Assembly (NCBI GenBank): GCA_949358305.1
Contig: OX442314.1
Location: 6,634,001-6,698,000, forward strand
Reading direction: 5' to 3'
Source: Strigamia acuminata
Lineage: Eukaryota
DNA: 64,000 bases
This document shows positions 1-14,637 of this stretch, piece after piece; the stretch's first letter is position 1, and every line of letters starts with the position of its first letter. Under the pieces are notes generated by a model. The model was not told the DNA's origin. It did not search any database and saw only the letters and a list, made by a program, of their open reading frames with translations. Position numbers and translations under genes: made by a program.

Positions 1-777
1 CCAATCCTACGGAAAGGGCCAATAGAGACATCAAAATAATGCTGGCTCTTTATTCAGACATTCACTCCCATTGGCCGAGATTCTTAAACGAATTTGCATT
101 TGCCTCGAGAACGGCTAAATCAGAAGCTACAGGCGCAACGCCATTCTTATTGAACACAGGAAGAAATGTACCTCTTCCCTTTGATCCTCGGATCATTCAA
201 CATGCAAAATGCATTTGACAAGAATAACCCGGAAGAATACGTATATAATTTACTTGGAATTTTACGTCGAGCACATCAAGAGATGCATTTGCGTATTCAA
301 GCAAATTATGAGAGACACGACAAGATTCACAGAAATAAATTTCACATTTGTGAATATACTGTCGGTGATTTGGTATGGAAAGCCACTCACATCCTTTCAA
401 ATAAAGAGAAAGGAATTACTAAAGGTTTCGCCGAGAAACGAGATGGACCGTGGGAAATTACGGAAGTTTTACCTGGAGGTGCTTATAAGTTGAGAAAATT
501 AGTTGATGGATCAATAGAACCATCCATAAATACTGATGATCTCTCACCTTATATCCCATCCTACCCGATTGAAACTTGGACTCTCGATCAAAAGAGTGGA
601 AAAGTAGAGAAACACCCAAACCCAGATTGGATGAACGAAAGTTCGATCATAAATAATTCAAGTGAATTAAATAATCAAGAATTAGGAAATAATTCTGCAA
701 ATATGAAATTTATTTTGAGTCACCCGCATACGCACTCAGCTGTTCGGGATGAAAAAAGTCCTGTTTTGAGATATTAA
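1..777 (+). mobile_element. Ty3/gypsy pol 3' end (integrase core end plus GPY/F C-terminal region), frameshifted
   Basis: Frame near the window start reads NPTERANRDIKIML...WPRFLNEFAFASRTAKSEATGATPF. ORF 166-777 is in a different frame and carries YTVGDLVW...DGPWEITEV...YKL. It is followed by a polypurine tract AAGGGGGA (837-844) and an LTR. Confidence 0.85.
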
Positions 778-844
778 TAAAATCATTTCGCAAGAATAAC
801 ATAAACTTATGAATAAAATTTATAAGTTGAGTAATTAAGGGGGA

Positions 845-2602
845 TGTATGACGGTTTATAAGTGCTATTTATTAATAACACGGCCAAATTTTAAGTGTTT
901 TTTGCGAAACCCGCATTTGTCAATGCTCCGAGTCGCCACTAGATGGCGCGATTATAATTCAGCGGTAAATTCGAATTGCGAGTTAAGAAAACTGGTAAAT
1001 AAATATAAGAATATATTTATTTGTATGAAACGACACTTTATTAGGATTAATATAAATATATATTAATAATTATTGTTCACACTAAGTGATGGGAATCTCT
1101 AGTTCAGCAGAAATGGAGATTTGATAATCCATCGATCAACCGATCGATGTGATTGGTGGATCCATTTCCGGTCCTGGGTATCCAGTTCCGGTTGTGGTGT
1201 GAATTAGCATATTGCTCCTCCGTATCCACTTCCGGCGATACGGGATTGGAGGGATTCGTGGAACCCATGTTCCAATTGGTTGATTGGATTAATCTCTAAT
1301 CCAGTCAGGTTATATAAACCCAAACAACCGGCCATCCGGCAGCTCTGTTTGATTATTTTCTGTTTGGTATTGTTACTTAAGAAATATGATTCGTTGTTCA
1401 CGTAAAAAAACCTTTTGGTTCTTTGTTGATTTATTCACAAAGAACCGTTGCATGATTCTACAGAATCATGCCACCGCCGGCAATTGAAGTCGAAGTGCTG
1501 GGATCATTATGTTGCATAAATGTTACAGTTTACGGTTGCGACGCCGAAGGAGAACCCGCCGTTGTGCAATTCAGTATCCTCCGGACAGGACCATGTGGTC
1601 TTTCTCGGTATGAACGTATTCCGTTACCGCAAGTAGCATCGTTGCTGTTGAGAATTAGTTCCTTCACCGGATGGTGCCAAAGCAGTCTGTTTTACAGTAA
1701 CCACGAGTAGCACCAAGTGTTTGGCAAGCTGATTCTCATGGTATTCGATGCCAAAGTAGTCGGTCTATTATTAGTACCGCGAGAGATTATACTGCTGTGC
1801 GGAGCCGCGAGCTATCGACTCCTGTGTACGTGATACCGTCAATCGCCAGACGAACGACCGTGTCGCGACGCAGGGGACGCTTGATACCGTTCTGCATTGC
1901 AAGGCGTATATTTTCTTTCGACGGCAATTGTGTGTTGCGACGGGAAGCCTAATCTTCATTTTATTTATAACAGCTAAATATTAACTTGGCGACAAGTTGA
2001 TTAACCAAGTCAGAAGACTTAATTACGATCACGATTACATCAAAGACGCAAATGTAACCGATAAGTTGACGACAACTTATCCACAAAATATCTAAATAAG
2101 AATTCACAACGATATGAATTAAATATAATTCATAAGCGGAATATTGATAAGTAAATGAATACATTTACTTACACCAATATCCTCCCAAAGTTGTGGCGGT
2201 GCAGACAAAGTCAACCGCAATGCTCAGATCATTCGATTTATCGACGTGCGATAATTTACACAGCGAACCAAGGAAACCAGCGAAGCCATATCGGACTCCA
2301 GGACACAGCCATCCGGCTTAGATGACATCTGTAAACCAGGTCGAGCGATGGGGAAACCGCTCCCTTATCCCAGACCCGTAGTGATATTATTCTAGGGCCA
2401 GTTGGCTAATTCTTTGTATAGTTTAATAGCTGATTTAACTTGCCAAATGTTGGCATTAGTCTTATGTATAATTTAGCTCACTGCATATTGTTTGCCAACA
2501 ATAAACTGTCTTGTATTTATCTCGTATTGTATTCACTGTTTATTTATTGCGATCTCTTCCCGGTACCATTGTTAAATGGGAGTTGTGGTCGTCACCGTCA
2601 CA
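845..2602 (+). mobile_element. 3' LTR (~1.76 kb) of the gypsy element, inserted in an intron of DEG/ENaC paralog A
   Basis: Starts TGTATGACGG directly after the PPT and ends CCGTCACA. Similar to 2735-4383 and ~19737-21454. The sequence after it matches the paralog B intron at ~25703. Confidence 0.8.
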
Positions 2603-2654
2603 GCTGCTTAATTGTAATACCAAACAAGAAGCATTTTCATCACATGTTCTTTAC

Positions 2655-5416
2655 CTGCATTTTAGATTTTTAAATTTGTTAAGTAAGCAAATCCGACAGC
2701 ATTCTATGTATTCGTTTTCGTTAGAGCATAGACTTGTGACAAATTAGCAATAGATGGCGCCACTAGTACTAGCGGCAAATTCAACCTCGAACTTACTATT
2801 CTCCGCAGAAATAGTTCACAAACATATTATTATGTTTATTACAATAAATGTAATCTAAATCGATAATATAAAGTTATATTATCAATATTCAATAAGATAA
2901 AGCAGGTATTCTTGCTTTATCACGGGTACGCGACATGAAACCCATTTTCAGAATGTATTTCCGTTCTGTGTATCCATTTCCTGTCCCCGGTATCCAGTTC
3001 CGATTTATGCTAAAGATTAACATAATCCAAATTTGCATCTCCGTATCCACTTCCTGCGATACGAGATTGGTGGAACCTAATCCCACCGAGTATAAAACTC
3101 CCTGACAACAGGAAGTTAGTTAGTTCTGTTTTCTGGTTATTTGGTATGTTCCGCATGTCAAATAACCGTTTCTCACTCAGGGCATGGTCCTACCGGACCA
3201 TGCATAGCATGGCTCTGCTGAGCCATGCAACCCCCGCCAACTGAAGGCGAAGTTCGGACTGTTAATGTTTCCGTCAAACGGTCTTGCCGAGGAGAAAGCC
3301 TCCCGCATAAGTATCCTCGTGGTCGGACAATATAATCACGTGTGATACCAAAGTATTTAGTAACCGTCGGTAGCACTGTTACTGCAAGAGATTGACTCCA
3401 TCACCTGATGGTGCCAAAGCAGTCTGCATGCAAAACATGCAGTTACCGCCAGTAGCACTATGTGTTTGGGAATGTTATATCTCTTCGGTGATGGTGCCAA
3501 AGCAGTCTACTTACGAGTAGTATCTCGGGTGATTAATTCTGTTGTGCAGAACTGCGGGCTATATCCCCCTGAGTATCAGTGCCGTCTCTCACCGCACTGT
3601 TATTTAGGGCACGCGCGATACTGTTCTGCTCGGCAAGGCGAACTTTGACGGCAATTGTGTGTTGCGATGTTTAACCTTTATTATATTTTGTAGTTGATAA
3701 ATACACCTTAATTGTTTAAACTTGGCAACAAGTTAACAACCGAAGTAAGTCACGAGACTTATTTCACTGTATGACGAATCAAATTCGTAACAATAAATTG
3801 AATACAATTTATTGAGTTAATTTATTAAACTCACAACATCGCGAATTAAATATAATTCGCAAGCGGAACCTTGGCGAATAAATGACTTCATTTATTCATT
3901 ACCAATTTCCAACCCTAGTTGTGGCGGTGCACATGAGTCAACCGCACCTCTCGAATCGAACCAAACAGCATTACACGGACCATTACACGATACGAACCCG
4001 GAACGCGAAGGAACCAGTTCCACGATTACGAAGCGCCGACGGAAACCGCGAGGACACAGCCAGCCCGGCTACGCGTAGATGACGTCTTTTAACTCGGTCG
4101 AGCGGGCGTTTTGCCGTTCCCGAACTCCGGATCACCAATAACCGTAATGTTATTATTTTAGGGCCATTCGGCCATTTTATTGTATAGTTAAATGTGCTTT
4201 TAACTTGCCAAATGTCGGCATTAGTTTATGTATAACTTTTAGATTTGATTCTATTGTTTGACAACAATAAATGTAGTGTTTTGAGAAACTTGTTGTCTTT
4301 ATTTTATCTCGTATTATTCACTATTTCACGCGACTTATACCCGGTACTATCATGCGATAGGAGTTGTGGTCGTCACCGTCACAAACTGATCGGTGAATTA
4401 AGCAAGATGAACTACAATTGTAAACAAGGTGTTGCCCAGGAATTTTAAGTCTTTAAATTAAACTTTACTTTGTTATAACTAAAATTTATTGTAGATGTTG
4501 AACCAGGATACATCGCTGGTAAAAGATAGGGATTTTTAACATTATTGAATGTCAGGTAAACCTAACGGCAAAGAGGAAAAAATTAATGTAGCAGTTACCA
4601 TTGTAATTTTATTAAGTTACTAGATAATAAGGCATTTTGCATGTCCAGTCGTAATTTTTTTTTAAATTCACTGTCAGTAATTTTCCGGCAAATGATTTGC
4701 TAGAAGCTTCAGCTTTGTCAATGAATAATATTAGTGTAACAATGAAGGTAGTGATAAATGCTCGTTTGTAGTTACCAAATCGAAATGTTGAGCATATTCC
4801 TAATCCACTGTCAGTTTCCGTCTGAACAACAGAAGTATCTGAATATCCCTATGCAAATTGTGATTTTGTGATTTTTAACTGAATATTTCTATTTTTTTTT
4901 AATTTTAATTTTTACTTTCATTTTTACACTGTCGATGTCATCAGTATTGTTAGTTGCTTTCCAAAGTGTATCCATATCGTAAGTTGGGTTTTTAATGCTC
5001 ATTAGTGCTTCGAGCATGTTATCACATGAAATGGATTCTGGTGTTTGTTTATTTGCTATAAGAGTTTCTTCCAAAAGCCTATTCATTTTCTTTGTATCTG
5101 AACTACTGACCATTAAGTCTGGTAAAGTAACTTTTTCTGATCTACTCGTTACGTCGACAGCTGTAGGATAACTGAAGTAATGCATTATTCTGTCGTATGT
5201 CTGATATGTGAGCATGCACATGCAAAATGAGAATAAAAGCAGCCAAAGGATTTGATGTTTGCTCCTCCAACGTTTCCCACTGTTTACAAAATCTTCCAAC
5301 CCAATTATATTGCAGTTGGGTTTGTTGGCATCATCCTTCATTAATTGGTGAATTGTCAAATGCAGTTTTTTTTTCATCAGTCGATTTTTCCTCATCAAAT
5401 AATTATTCTTCATCAT
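2655..5416 (-). pseudogene. DEG/ENaC paralog A: 5' exons only, disrupted by LTR insertions, remainder outside the window
   Basis: Exon 1 has IIGLEDF...ILWLLLFSFCMCMLTYQTYDRIMHYFSYPTAVDV...LPDLMV. Later exons align to B and D. The CYRIC-containing exon is split by a 1.65-kb solo LTR. Confidence 0.8.
2735..4383 (+). mobile_element. Solo LTR (gypsy-type) inserted into a coding exon of paralog A
   Basis: TGTGAC...GTCACA termini with near-perfect 4-bp TSD GACT/AACT. The flanks rejoin to the exon that is intact in paralog B (TAGAGCATGAACTGATCGG). Confidence 0.85.
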
Positions 5417-5739
5417 TTTGGTTCTTTCCAAATGCAAGCTCGCAGCTACCGAATGAGTTAGATAAAAAATGTTTGTGTGCTTGAGCGAACGGCCAAACTG
5501 AAAAACAAAACAACTTGAATTTTTTTATATTTTTTGTTTTTTGATTTTCCAATGTCAGAGATGCTATGTTTGTATGTTTTCTGGAAGTTCTTGGATAGCA
5601 TGAAATAACTAGGTGGACATGTTGGCATGTAGAATATACATAAGTGAATATTTATTACGTAAAAGTACAGGAGGCGCTGCTTGCGACAAGCGTCACATAA
5701 AATGATAAATTGTCAGTACTGATCAATGGACTTCAAACA

Positions 5740-7379
5740 CTCCAGTATCCCCTCAAAAGGGGAAACTACTAATTATAAAAATCAATAATCAAAAATGAAG
5801 ATTAACAAAATAAACTATACCAAATTATTAAAATATAAAACACGTTCGGCAGTCTTGTATTGCGTTTCGTCGTTTTGTTCAAAAGCCACACTGTATTGTG
5901 ACCAGTTGCCCACGCAGGCTGTTCACTTGCAACACAGCACTCCACAGCTCTCGCGCACCATGCGTTTCTCGTGTGCAACCTGTTGCGGTCTCCCACAACC
6001 CGGTGGAGCTGCGGGCTATTGGTCTCAACCAATTGGGACCCGGAAGTGCCCCTTCCGGAAGTGGGTGGGCCCCGCAGAGGCCCACGAGGGAAAGACAGTT
6101 CTCTTGTAGCCAGCATGACAAACGGTCGCTTCTGTGATTGCTCCTCCACACTGTATATGATGAAGACCCGAACGATCGACGTGGCGACTCTATCGCCCAC
6201 CGGGACCTGAGCGTCCGTGTAAGCCGCGTTCGTCCTGCGTTCTCCGTGAACGCTACGACGACGCGGCCCTACTGTACTCCGACCATGTGTGTCATGCGAC
6301 CAATGGCTGCCGTGCCACGTGGTCTTGTTAGGGATGGCTGTTCGCAACCATCACATTGGGAAATACACCTGAGACACCAATCATACCCCTAGACAACAAT
6401 AAAGCTACAATCATAACTAAATCTGTGTCTTTGGTTGTATTTCGGTGAATATTCATTGTGTGTGTTGTGTCCAGTGTCTGTGGCTCCCCCGACCACGTGG
6501 CGTCCGTCCAAACAATCACAGTATCATTGCTTGATGTCCTCTTCCATCCTTGTGGAATATTCATGTAGACTTTGTAGTCCAGGTCACTGTACAGATATGC
6601 ACATTTTACCTCTATGTGTGTATTGTTCCACCTTAGGAGCTCTACCAAAAGGCAGAAGAACAGACGGATTAGCACGTAATTAACGACGGGGGATAAGACT
6701 TTGTCAAAATTGATCCCGTACGTCTGTCTAAAGTCTTGTGCTACTAGGCACGCACGATAACGTGCAATGGCTCTTTGTGCGTTGCGTTTCAGCTTGAAGA
6801 TCCACTTCAATCCTAATACGGTGGAGTCCTTTAGTCATGGAACTTCTTCAAAAACTTGTCGTTTCTTGAGTGTTCTGAAGTCTTCATTAACTAAATCCAA
6901 TCATTCAACATTCTGGACCGAATCCATGGCTTCTTTGAATGTGATTGGCTCCTTGACAACTAAGTTTGCTCGAACTCTTGGATGATTCGCTGAATACAAA
7001 GTTGCTGTTGCTTTCGGAGTTGCTGGCTTCGGTTGCTTGAAATCGAAGTAGTTCGGATCAAAATCAATTTCTTCGGATTCGCAATAACGTTTGACATCTG
7101 GTATGCTGCGGAGTTTAGTTTCGTCTGGTGGATAATAGTAACTGTCACTGCGTCATGGCATCGTTCCTCCAGTTTGTGTAATTTCCTCACGCCTCTAGGC
7201 AGCATAAGGATTTGCCGGTGCTACGTGTATATCAATGGCAATGGCTGGACTTGTACCAGCTGTTTCTTGATGACTGGTGGAGAAACTGGTGGAGAATGTG
7301 TGGGTGTACCACAAGGAGAACTAGCTGTACTAGTTGGAGGCTTTGAAGTATCCGACTCCTCTTCCACGGCCTCGGTTGA
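5740..7379 (-). mobile_element. Degenerate Ty1/copia pol remnant (RT region)
   Basis: ORF 6328-6810 reads KWIFKLK...ARYRACLVAQDFRQTYGINF...EVKCAYLYSDL...VYMNIPQG and continues as DTVWLLNK once the 5897-6520 insert is removed. Boundaries are approximate. Confidence 0.75.
5897..6520. mobile_element. Solo LTR (624 bp) nested in the copia remnant
   Basis: TGTGA...TCACA termini and perfect 4-bp TSD GTAT. Confidence 0.8.
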
Positions 7380-7827
7380 TGTGGTGAGCAAGAGACGTTG
7401 CTGAGAGAGCAGAGAGTGAGACCATGTTAGTGTGAGCTTCCACGGTCCTAACCACAGCAGAGACAACTGCTGACTCTGCTCCGCTCACCATTCACCATTG
7501 TGACACTCAGTAGCAGGAAGATGTGCCTGCTGCAGTCTCCATTAGTGATCACGTGGACTGTACGAGGTAAGTACGGCAGAATCTTCATCTGTGGCAACCG
7601 ACCATGTCATACATGGGACTTAGGTTCTGTGTGTGACGGGACGGTTACTGGTGTAGCGTGCCTAACGGCACAGCCACACAGTGAGATAGGTGACCCCACC
7701 CGTAGACAACGATATTAAAGGCCAAAACAAAACAATCTGGAGTCCCTGTATTATTATTACGTGAGGATGCGTCCCTCCCATGGTGGTAATCCCCATATCT
7801 CTGTGGGTAAGACCATATCCAGTCACA
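7380..7827. mobile_element. Truncated copy of the ~550-bp solo-LTR family
   Basis: Ends CCAGTCACA. Similar to the reverse complement of 18356-18908 and to 9762-10262 and 27349-27858. Confidence 0.65.
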
Positions 7828-8461
7828 TGTTCGTTGTTAAATTTCAAATTTCATTTAACTTTAATATAAATTTACAAATGTAAACAGACACTATAACAAA
7901 ACTTTAAAATTTGTAAATCTATAATTTCTTGCAGTGGCTGCGGTCCCGAAAGTGGTCTTGGACAAAGAATATGGGCAACAGACTTCTGAGCCTTATCACT
8001 GATGTAGACTGCCATCTTTAGAGCACTGCCAGCTTAATCATTTAATCCCAAAACGGAAGATTCCCCATCATTTCTTCAAATTTTATTTATTCGAATTTTC
8101 GAATTTTTTGTTCATTTCTTCGAAAGTCTTTACTTCGAAAAGTAATTTTAAACTCCATTTTAAGTTCCATTTCTCCCACGAACAGTGCTCGAATTGGTCA
8201 TTTCTTCGAACTTCATTTCTCGAATCGGTCATTTCTTCGAACTTCATTTCTCGAATCAGTCATTTCTTCAAACTTCATTTCTCGAATCGGTCATTTCTTC
8301 GAAATTTGTTTCTTGAATTGGTCACTTTGTCAAAATTTATTTCTGCTAAGGGAAGCAAGAATACGCCATTTGATGACTGAAAGATGCACAATGTCTTCAT
8401 TAGCCTTCATTCGTGGCATTGCCCACAACTTTGCTAAGTTTGATTAACTTTCATTACTAAT

Positions 8462-8765
8462 TTAACATTTCAAAAATTGGAAATCTCCTACTTTAACATT
8501 TCAAAAATTGGAAATTTCCTACTTTAACATTTCAAAAATTGGAAATTTCCTACTTTAACATTTCAAAAATTGGAAATTTCCTACTTCAACATTTCAAAAA
8601 TTGGAAATTTCCTACTTTAACATTTCAAAAATTGGAAATTTCCTACTTTAACATTTCAAAAATTGGAAGTTTCCTACTTTAACATTTCAAAAAATTGAAA
8701 TTTCCTACTTTAACATTTCAAAAAATGGAAATTTCCTACTTTAACATTTCAAAAATTGGAAATTG
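8462..8765. repeat. Minisatellite, ~31-bp unit, about 10 copies
   Basis: Repeated TTTAACATTTCAAAAATTGGAAATTTCCTAC. Confidence 0.9.
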
Positions 8766-9761
8766 AGGGTCACTTCTCAGACAATCACTTCTCGAATGGG
8801 TCGTTTCTTCGAAAAAAAATGCCTGCGGAACGATCTATTCGAGAAACGTGGTCTTTGAAATGACAGTCTGAGAAGTGAAATTCGAAGAAGTGACCCAGAC
8901 TCAAACGGGAGGCTGTAGTCTACTGCCAAATAGCTCAATCAGCTTTCCAGTTTTTATGATTTTTAATATTTTTTCTTTCTATTTTGCTACTTGTATAAGT
9001 AGCAAAATTCACAACACTTTTCGTTTAACTATTGACAACGCGATGGCGAGAACGTAAGCCAACATTCAGCATGAGTTTTGGGCGTCATTGGATGACGGTG
9101 AATCGGAAGTGTAGAATTTTTGTCATAAATTATCAGAAATGACCGTTTGTTCCTTTGAGTTTGTATTTGGAGACCTCAAAAGACTCAATAAAATTGTTTT
9201 CGACCCAAATAGACATGGTTTATTTTTGCGAGACCAGAAAATTGATAAATCAGTAAATACAACTACTGTAGTTTTTCAACATAAATACGATCAAAACGAC
9301 TTACAAAAATTCAAAATAAGCAAGATTGCAGCCCAGTAAAAAGCTACCGGTGCTGAGTCCAGAATCAACTGTTGTATTTTTGTTTACTGTAAGTATACTT
9401 ATTTTCCATAGTAACTTTTGTGGGATGATTATTGATGCATTCATTTCTCATTAACTTGGCTTAGTCTGGGCGTGGAGGAGAGTAATTGAGTTTGAAAATT
9501 GTGTGTTTAATTATTTAAGCAAATCGTTTGTTCGGAAAATTTGAGTCTAGAAAGTGTATACTTTGGCATAAAAGGTCCACAAAAGCTAATTGGACCGAGC
9601 AGGAAATGATACGTTTACTATAATTACATATCAGTAGATTGATCCGCAAATGAAGTTGTTTTCATGGAATAAAAACTACACAATAATATAGATTTATATT
9701 ATTGTCTAGAGCAATTGGGAGAAGAATTGCCACACTTTCTTGGAAATACGACATGACGGAT

Positions 9762-10620
9762 TGTAACCGTTTGGCCACCCTAGTGGCCTACGCCACTCTA
9801 CACACCGCCTGATGGCCCCAAGCCATCCCCCTCACGAAGGAGTGGACCAGCCTAGTAAGGGAGGTAAGAGCTGAGTGGTGTGGTGAGAGAGCCGTTGCTA
9901 AGGGAGCCGAGAGTGAAGACGTGCCAGGGTGAGCTGCCACGATCCTAGCGATGGCAGAGACAACTGCCGACTCTGCTCCTCTCACCATTCACAACTGTGA
10001 CACTCAGGGGCAGATCGAGGTGACTGTTGCAGTACCATGAGTGGCTACATGGGTACAGGTGAGTACAACAGAATGTTCGTCCAACACGCCTTGTGTGTGA
10101 CGGGTCGGATGCCGGTATAGTGTGCCTAACAGCACAGCCACACAGTAAGATAGGTGATCCAACCCCTAGACAACGATTAAAGGCCAAAACCCAACAATCT
10201 GAGGCCCTGTCGCGTTATTTCGTGAGAGATATGCGTCCCTCCCGTGTAGTAAATCCCCATACTAAGGGATTAATTCATGTCTTGGAATGTGTCCTGGATA
10301 TCCACTTCCTGTTTTGGGTATCCACTTCCTGTCTCAGCTATCCACTTCCTGTCTCGGGTATCCACTTCCTGTCTCAAAGTATCCACTTGTGTATCCACTT
10401 CCTGTTTCATATCTAGGATTAAGTTTAATCCACAAAATGTTCTTTAGTATCTAGTTCCTGTATCACGGGATTGGTGGAGTTCATGGCACCCATGTTCCAA
10501 TTGGATAATTGGTTAAATCCCCTAATTTAACAAAGTGTATATATCTCCTGACAACAGGAAATTAAAGAGGTTATTCTGGTTTGGTTTCGAATTGTTGTTC
10601 ACTTGAAACTATTGTATTAT
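9762..10620. mobile_element. ~550-bp solo-LTR family copy joined to a fragment of the large gypsy LTR
   Basis: TGTAACC start with family similarity to ~10262, then GTATCCACTTCCTGT repeats shared with the LTRs at 845, 2735 and 19737. Confidence 0.6.
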
Positions 10621-11125
10621 TATGGTATCGTATTATTCCGCTTATTGCCCATGCCGTTGGTCGTGGGGCACTCTATACCGACATGCCGGTATAGAGTGAA
10701 ACACGCCGGTATAAGTGAAAGAACTAGTTTTTTGTTTTTTTTTTGTTTAAAAGAGCCCAGATGATAGTTTTTGTTAAAATTTGGGCCTGAAAGTTAAGTT
10801 TTCTTAATATTTCGAAGATTACTAATATATTTTGGAAAATTTATATAAATTTAGGCCAATTTCCTACATTTTGGACATCTAAATAGGCGTTTTAAGTATT
10901 TTTTGGGCTCAAAATTAAAAAAAAATTGTACTCACTTACACCAACATACTGTTAAAAACGGGGTTTATCGGTGTGCCAGTAATACTCACACTATACCGAC
11001 ATGTGGCAAGAAGTGGGTTAATACGGTAGGAATAGGTACAACCCCAATCAATTGAAGATGAAGGTCTCAATGTGAACGTGCCATGGAAGGAGATAATACA
11101 CCGTCTTGCTGAGCAACGAATACCT

Positions 11126-12824
11126 TGTGACGATTATAGGATCGTATTAACCAATGTTCACACTAGATAGCGCTGTTTAATAACCGCGCCATGTTTAAAT
11201 TCGATAAAACTAAGAAATATGATTAAAATCATATTTTGATGCAGTGAATAAAATATGAGTATTTTATGTAACAACTATTAAGTATAAATTACTTGAGATA
11301 TTGATTCTATCGAATCAATAACCCTTTACTTACCTTAAGGGAGAGAACCAATCGGACTCTTCTTGACCCAATTCCATATTAGGTCCGAACCCCAGTCTCT
11401 ATTAGGTCCGGACTAGTGATCCACGAATCCATCAATTCGGACACCCGATTGGCTACCGCCAATCTGATTATTCTACAGACTATATAAACTCTGGTCGGCT
11501 GACCAGTACCCCCTTGGCTTGATTCTGAATATGTCTATATTGTCTGTAGTTGAATTGTTGTTATCGTTTGATATCACTTTCTCTATCGACACATCAGGCC
11601 TCCTCAGCTCTTCACAGTTAGTATTCATTACTATATTGTTATTGTTGTTGTAGGGCTATTTCGGGAAGGCTAACTCCGGTAATAGACATGTTAAATACAT
11701 GAAATGGCCCCGTAACGTTAGCCTGCTGTTCTACGGGACAGTTGGAGTTCGTATGGTGGCATAATATAACGGTCTTACACAGTAAGACCTTGCTAAATGA
11801 AAGTGGGTCCCTCAGCTAACTGGCCTCAGTCTGCTGCAGGATAGTTGTTGTAATTATTCTCCCAGGTTCCCCACATTCGTGGCTGGACCTTCCGTATGTT
11901 AAAAGTCGGTTAAAGGCTTATTTATAGGCACACTACGCCGGGTTGGTAGCCCGTGAGCAATATCCGTGAAGATATTGCGTTAAATAACTACCTGGAACAT
12001 GGTAATCCAACAGCGACGGCTGGTTAATATTTTACCCGGTGCTCGATCTACTGATCCCGCCATCGTAAGGCATGCTGGCGGACGGTCCCCGCCCCATCGT
12101 ATACTCCGGGTTGGTAGCCCGTGAACGATATCTCAATATTGTGCTAAACAAACTACTTGGGTATTGGTAATCCTGTATTGGCAATCGTTGTTTTATTAAG
12201 TCCATAGAAATGTTTACCTAGTGGTTGGTACCACCAATAGCGATTAAAAGCGTACAAACAAATACTCGGCGTTTGATCACGAGATCTTGTTGTCGTAAGG
12301 CATGCTGGCGGATGGAGTCTCAACAACTCCTGCAACGTTCTCTCAATTGTTGTGACGGTCCCCGCCCAATTAATATTTATACAACAATTCATTTGTTGTA
12401 TTACACTAATCACTTTATATTTATTCGGGAATATTCTACAAGAATATTCCTTTCATTACGAAGGACTCTTCGTACTATTAGATATTCGAGCTGCGGACCA
12501 AATACGTCTCCGTAGCGTTATTTGTGACGATGCCGCAAGTCAGCCGTATCCCTCTGCCTTCGCCTGGATCCTCAACCAGTTGATGCCGCCCATTTACACG
12601 CGCTCAGAACCCCCATTCTATTTATTATGCCTAATAAATATATTATTGTATCACACAGAAAACTGTAAGTTATTTCTATATTGATTAGTCAGTCAAATCA
12701 CACAGAATTTTATAGCTTATCTCGGTTGGGTTGTTGCTAGTCTTAGCAACGTCTTGTATAAACCGATTTATATCTATCTCACTTAAAAAGGTTAATTATT
12801 TAGCCTAAAAGTAGAATCGTCACA
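11126..12824. mobile_element. Solo LTR (1.7 kb) of a second gypsy-like family
   Basis: Inverted termini TGTGACGATT...AATCGTCACA and perfect 4-bp TSD ACCT. Confidence 0.85.
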
Positions 12825-14637
12825 ACCTCTTTGCATGGTGAATACAACACTATGGTGTTATTTTCGAGGGAAGACGGTGTTTTTCACCAAATGTTGCCTT
12901 TGTAAAGGTTTGCTGTTTTTAATACTTTTAAGTCATGTTGGCCATTGGGAACGTTAGCAGTTACGTCATTTTAACATTTATCATTGATCAGAATCACCAC
13001 AGTGCCTAATAGAACAATTTTATTTTATTTCATTTTGTCAAACGAGAAACGTTTTCCAAGGGCATCATTTGGTAAAAAACATAGCCTAAAGGCGACTTTT
13101 GGGGGTGTTGCCGTTAAGGGGCGGTCCATAATTACGTAACGCTCCAAGGGGGGGGAGGGAGGGGGTATCAGATTTTGTTACCGGCAGGGCCGTTCCGACC
13201 CATGAGGCAAAGAGGCGGCCGCCTCAGGGCGGCAAACTGACAGGGGCGGCAATTTGAACCCAGAAATTCTTTTTTTTTTTTGCGGGGGGGGGGGGGCGGC
13301 ATTTTTAATGCTCGCTTCACCACACATATTTCCTAGGAACGGCCCTGTAAGTTGTCCCGCACAAAAACGAAGTAAACGCCATCTGTCCAGTGGCGTAGCT
13401 AGCATGGGTGACACCTGGGGCGGTTAAAATGTTAAAATCAACATTTTTTTCAATCCCGGCTGGGTTTCACCCCCCTATAGATATATGTATATGTATATAC
13501 AGTATAGCGGTTGTAGTCATTTTAGCGATGCTCGTTTTAGTGACAATATGGCAATTTTCCCGTCGGAGATTTCGTGATTTTAATTAATTGAACTGGCTTC
13601 ACTTTAGAGAAAAGAATGGTGTTACTCATGTGGCATTATTAATGGTATCATGGTTACGGTCATGTCGTAGTAAATGTTTTACACGTATTAGTCATTGAAA
13701 TTAAATCTCTTTAGTGCGCCAATGTAAGAGTTGATATGATATAATTTTTAAAACGTGAAGTTCGTTTGGTTGGCTTACCCTACTTACTTGATAGTACTTA
13801 CAGTTTCGAAGTTTTGTTTTGTGGAACCTTCACACTCGTTTCGTATGTATTCAAGCAGCGATGAAAAACAGGTGTATTGATGTTGTAGAGTCTTTGGCAG
13901 AAGAGTTATAGAAGATCAATGAGAATTTGAATAAATCATCACAAAGACACCGGTGAAAATATGGAAATCGTGATTACCATAATCATCAGACCAACATCTG
14001 CTGTGTCTATCATTAAAGTGTTTTTCTAATAGAAATAATATCTGCAATATGTGGTTGACATTCTTATTGACATTTTTATTGACATTTTTATGTCAACACA
14101 CTATACTTGTCAGGTTTTCTTCGACTATGACATTTTTGAAAAACAAAAACTATTTAACTCAAATCTCTTTAAAAATTGCAAATTATTTGTCAACATTAAA
14201 CATATTTAATTTATTTTCAGGCAATAGTTTTTAAATATTTAATTAAATTCATGAGTTATCATTTGCTGGCTGATGAGTCGAAGTGAAAATGAAGAAATAT
14301 TTATCAAAAACGGTCTAAAATGAAAAAATATTTATCAAAAAAGGTCTAAAATGAAGAAATATTTATCAAAAAAAGGTCTAAAATGAAGAAATATTTATCA
14401 AAAAAGGTCTAAAATACTGATATATCCGAATTTTAAATCTAATTTTAAAACAAGTGTTTGAAAAGCAATGTAACATTTAGCCTTGACTGACTGTGCGTGG
14501 ATCGATGTGTAGAGTGGAGAACCGATTGAAGCGTATGTGCCAAACTACCGCCAGACGTAGTGGCTACAGTTTATTCGTGGTAGCCGATGGCAACATCGAT
14601 TACCATTATTAGACGTTACGCGCGTGCAGAAATCAAT

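Noticed and set aside
8462..8765. Regular ~31-bp repeats resembling a CRISPR array
   Set aside because: Units are head-to-tail with no unique spacers, there are no cas genes, and the context is eukaryotic.
10634..11017. Possible piggyBac-like MITE
   Set aside because: Left terminus and TSD are too degenerate to support a call.
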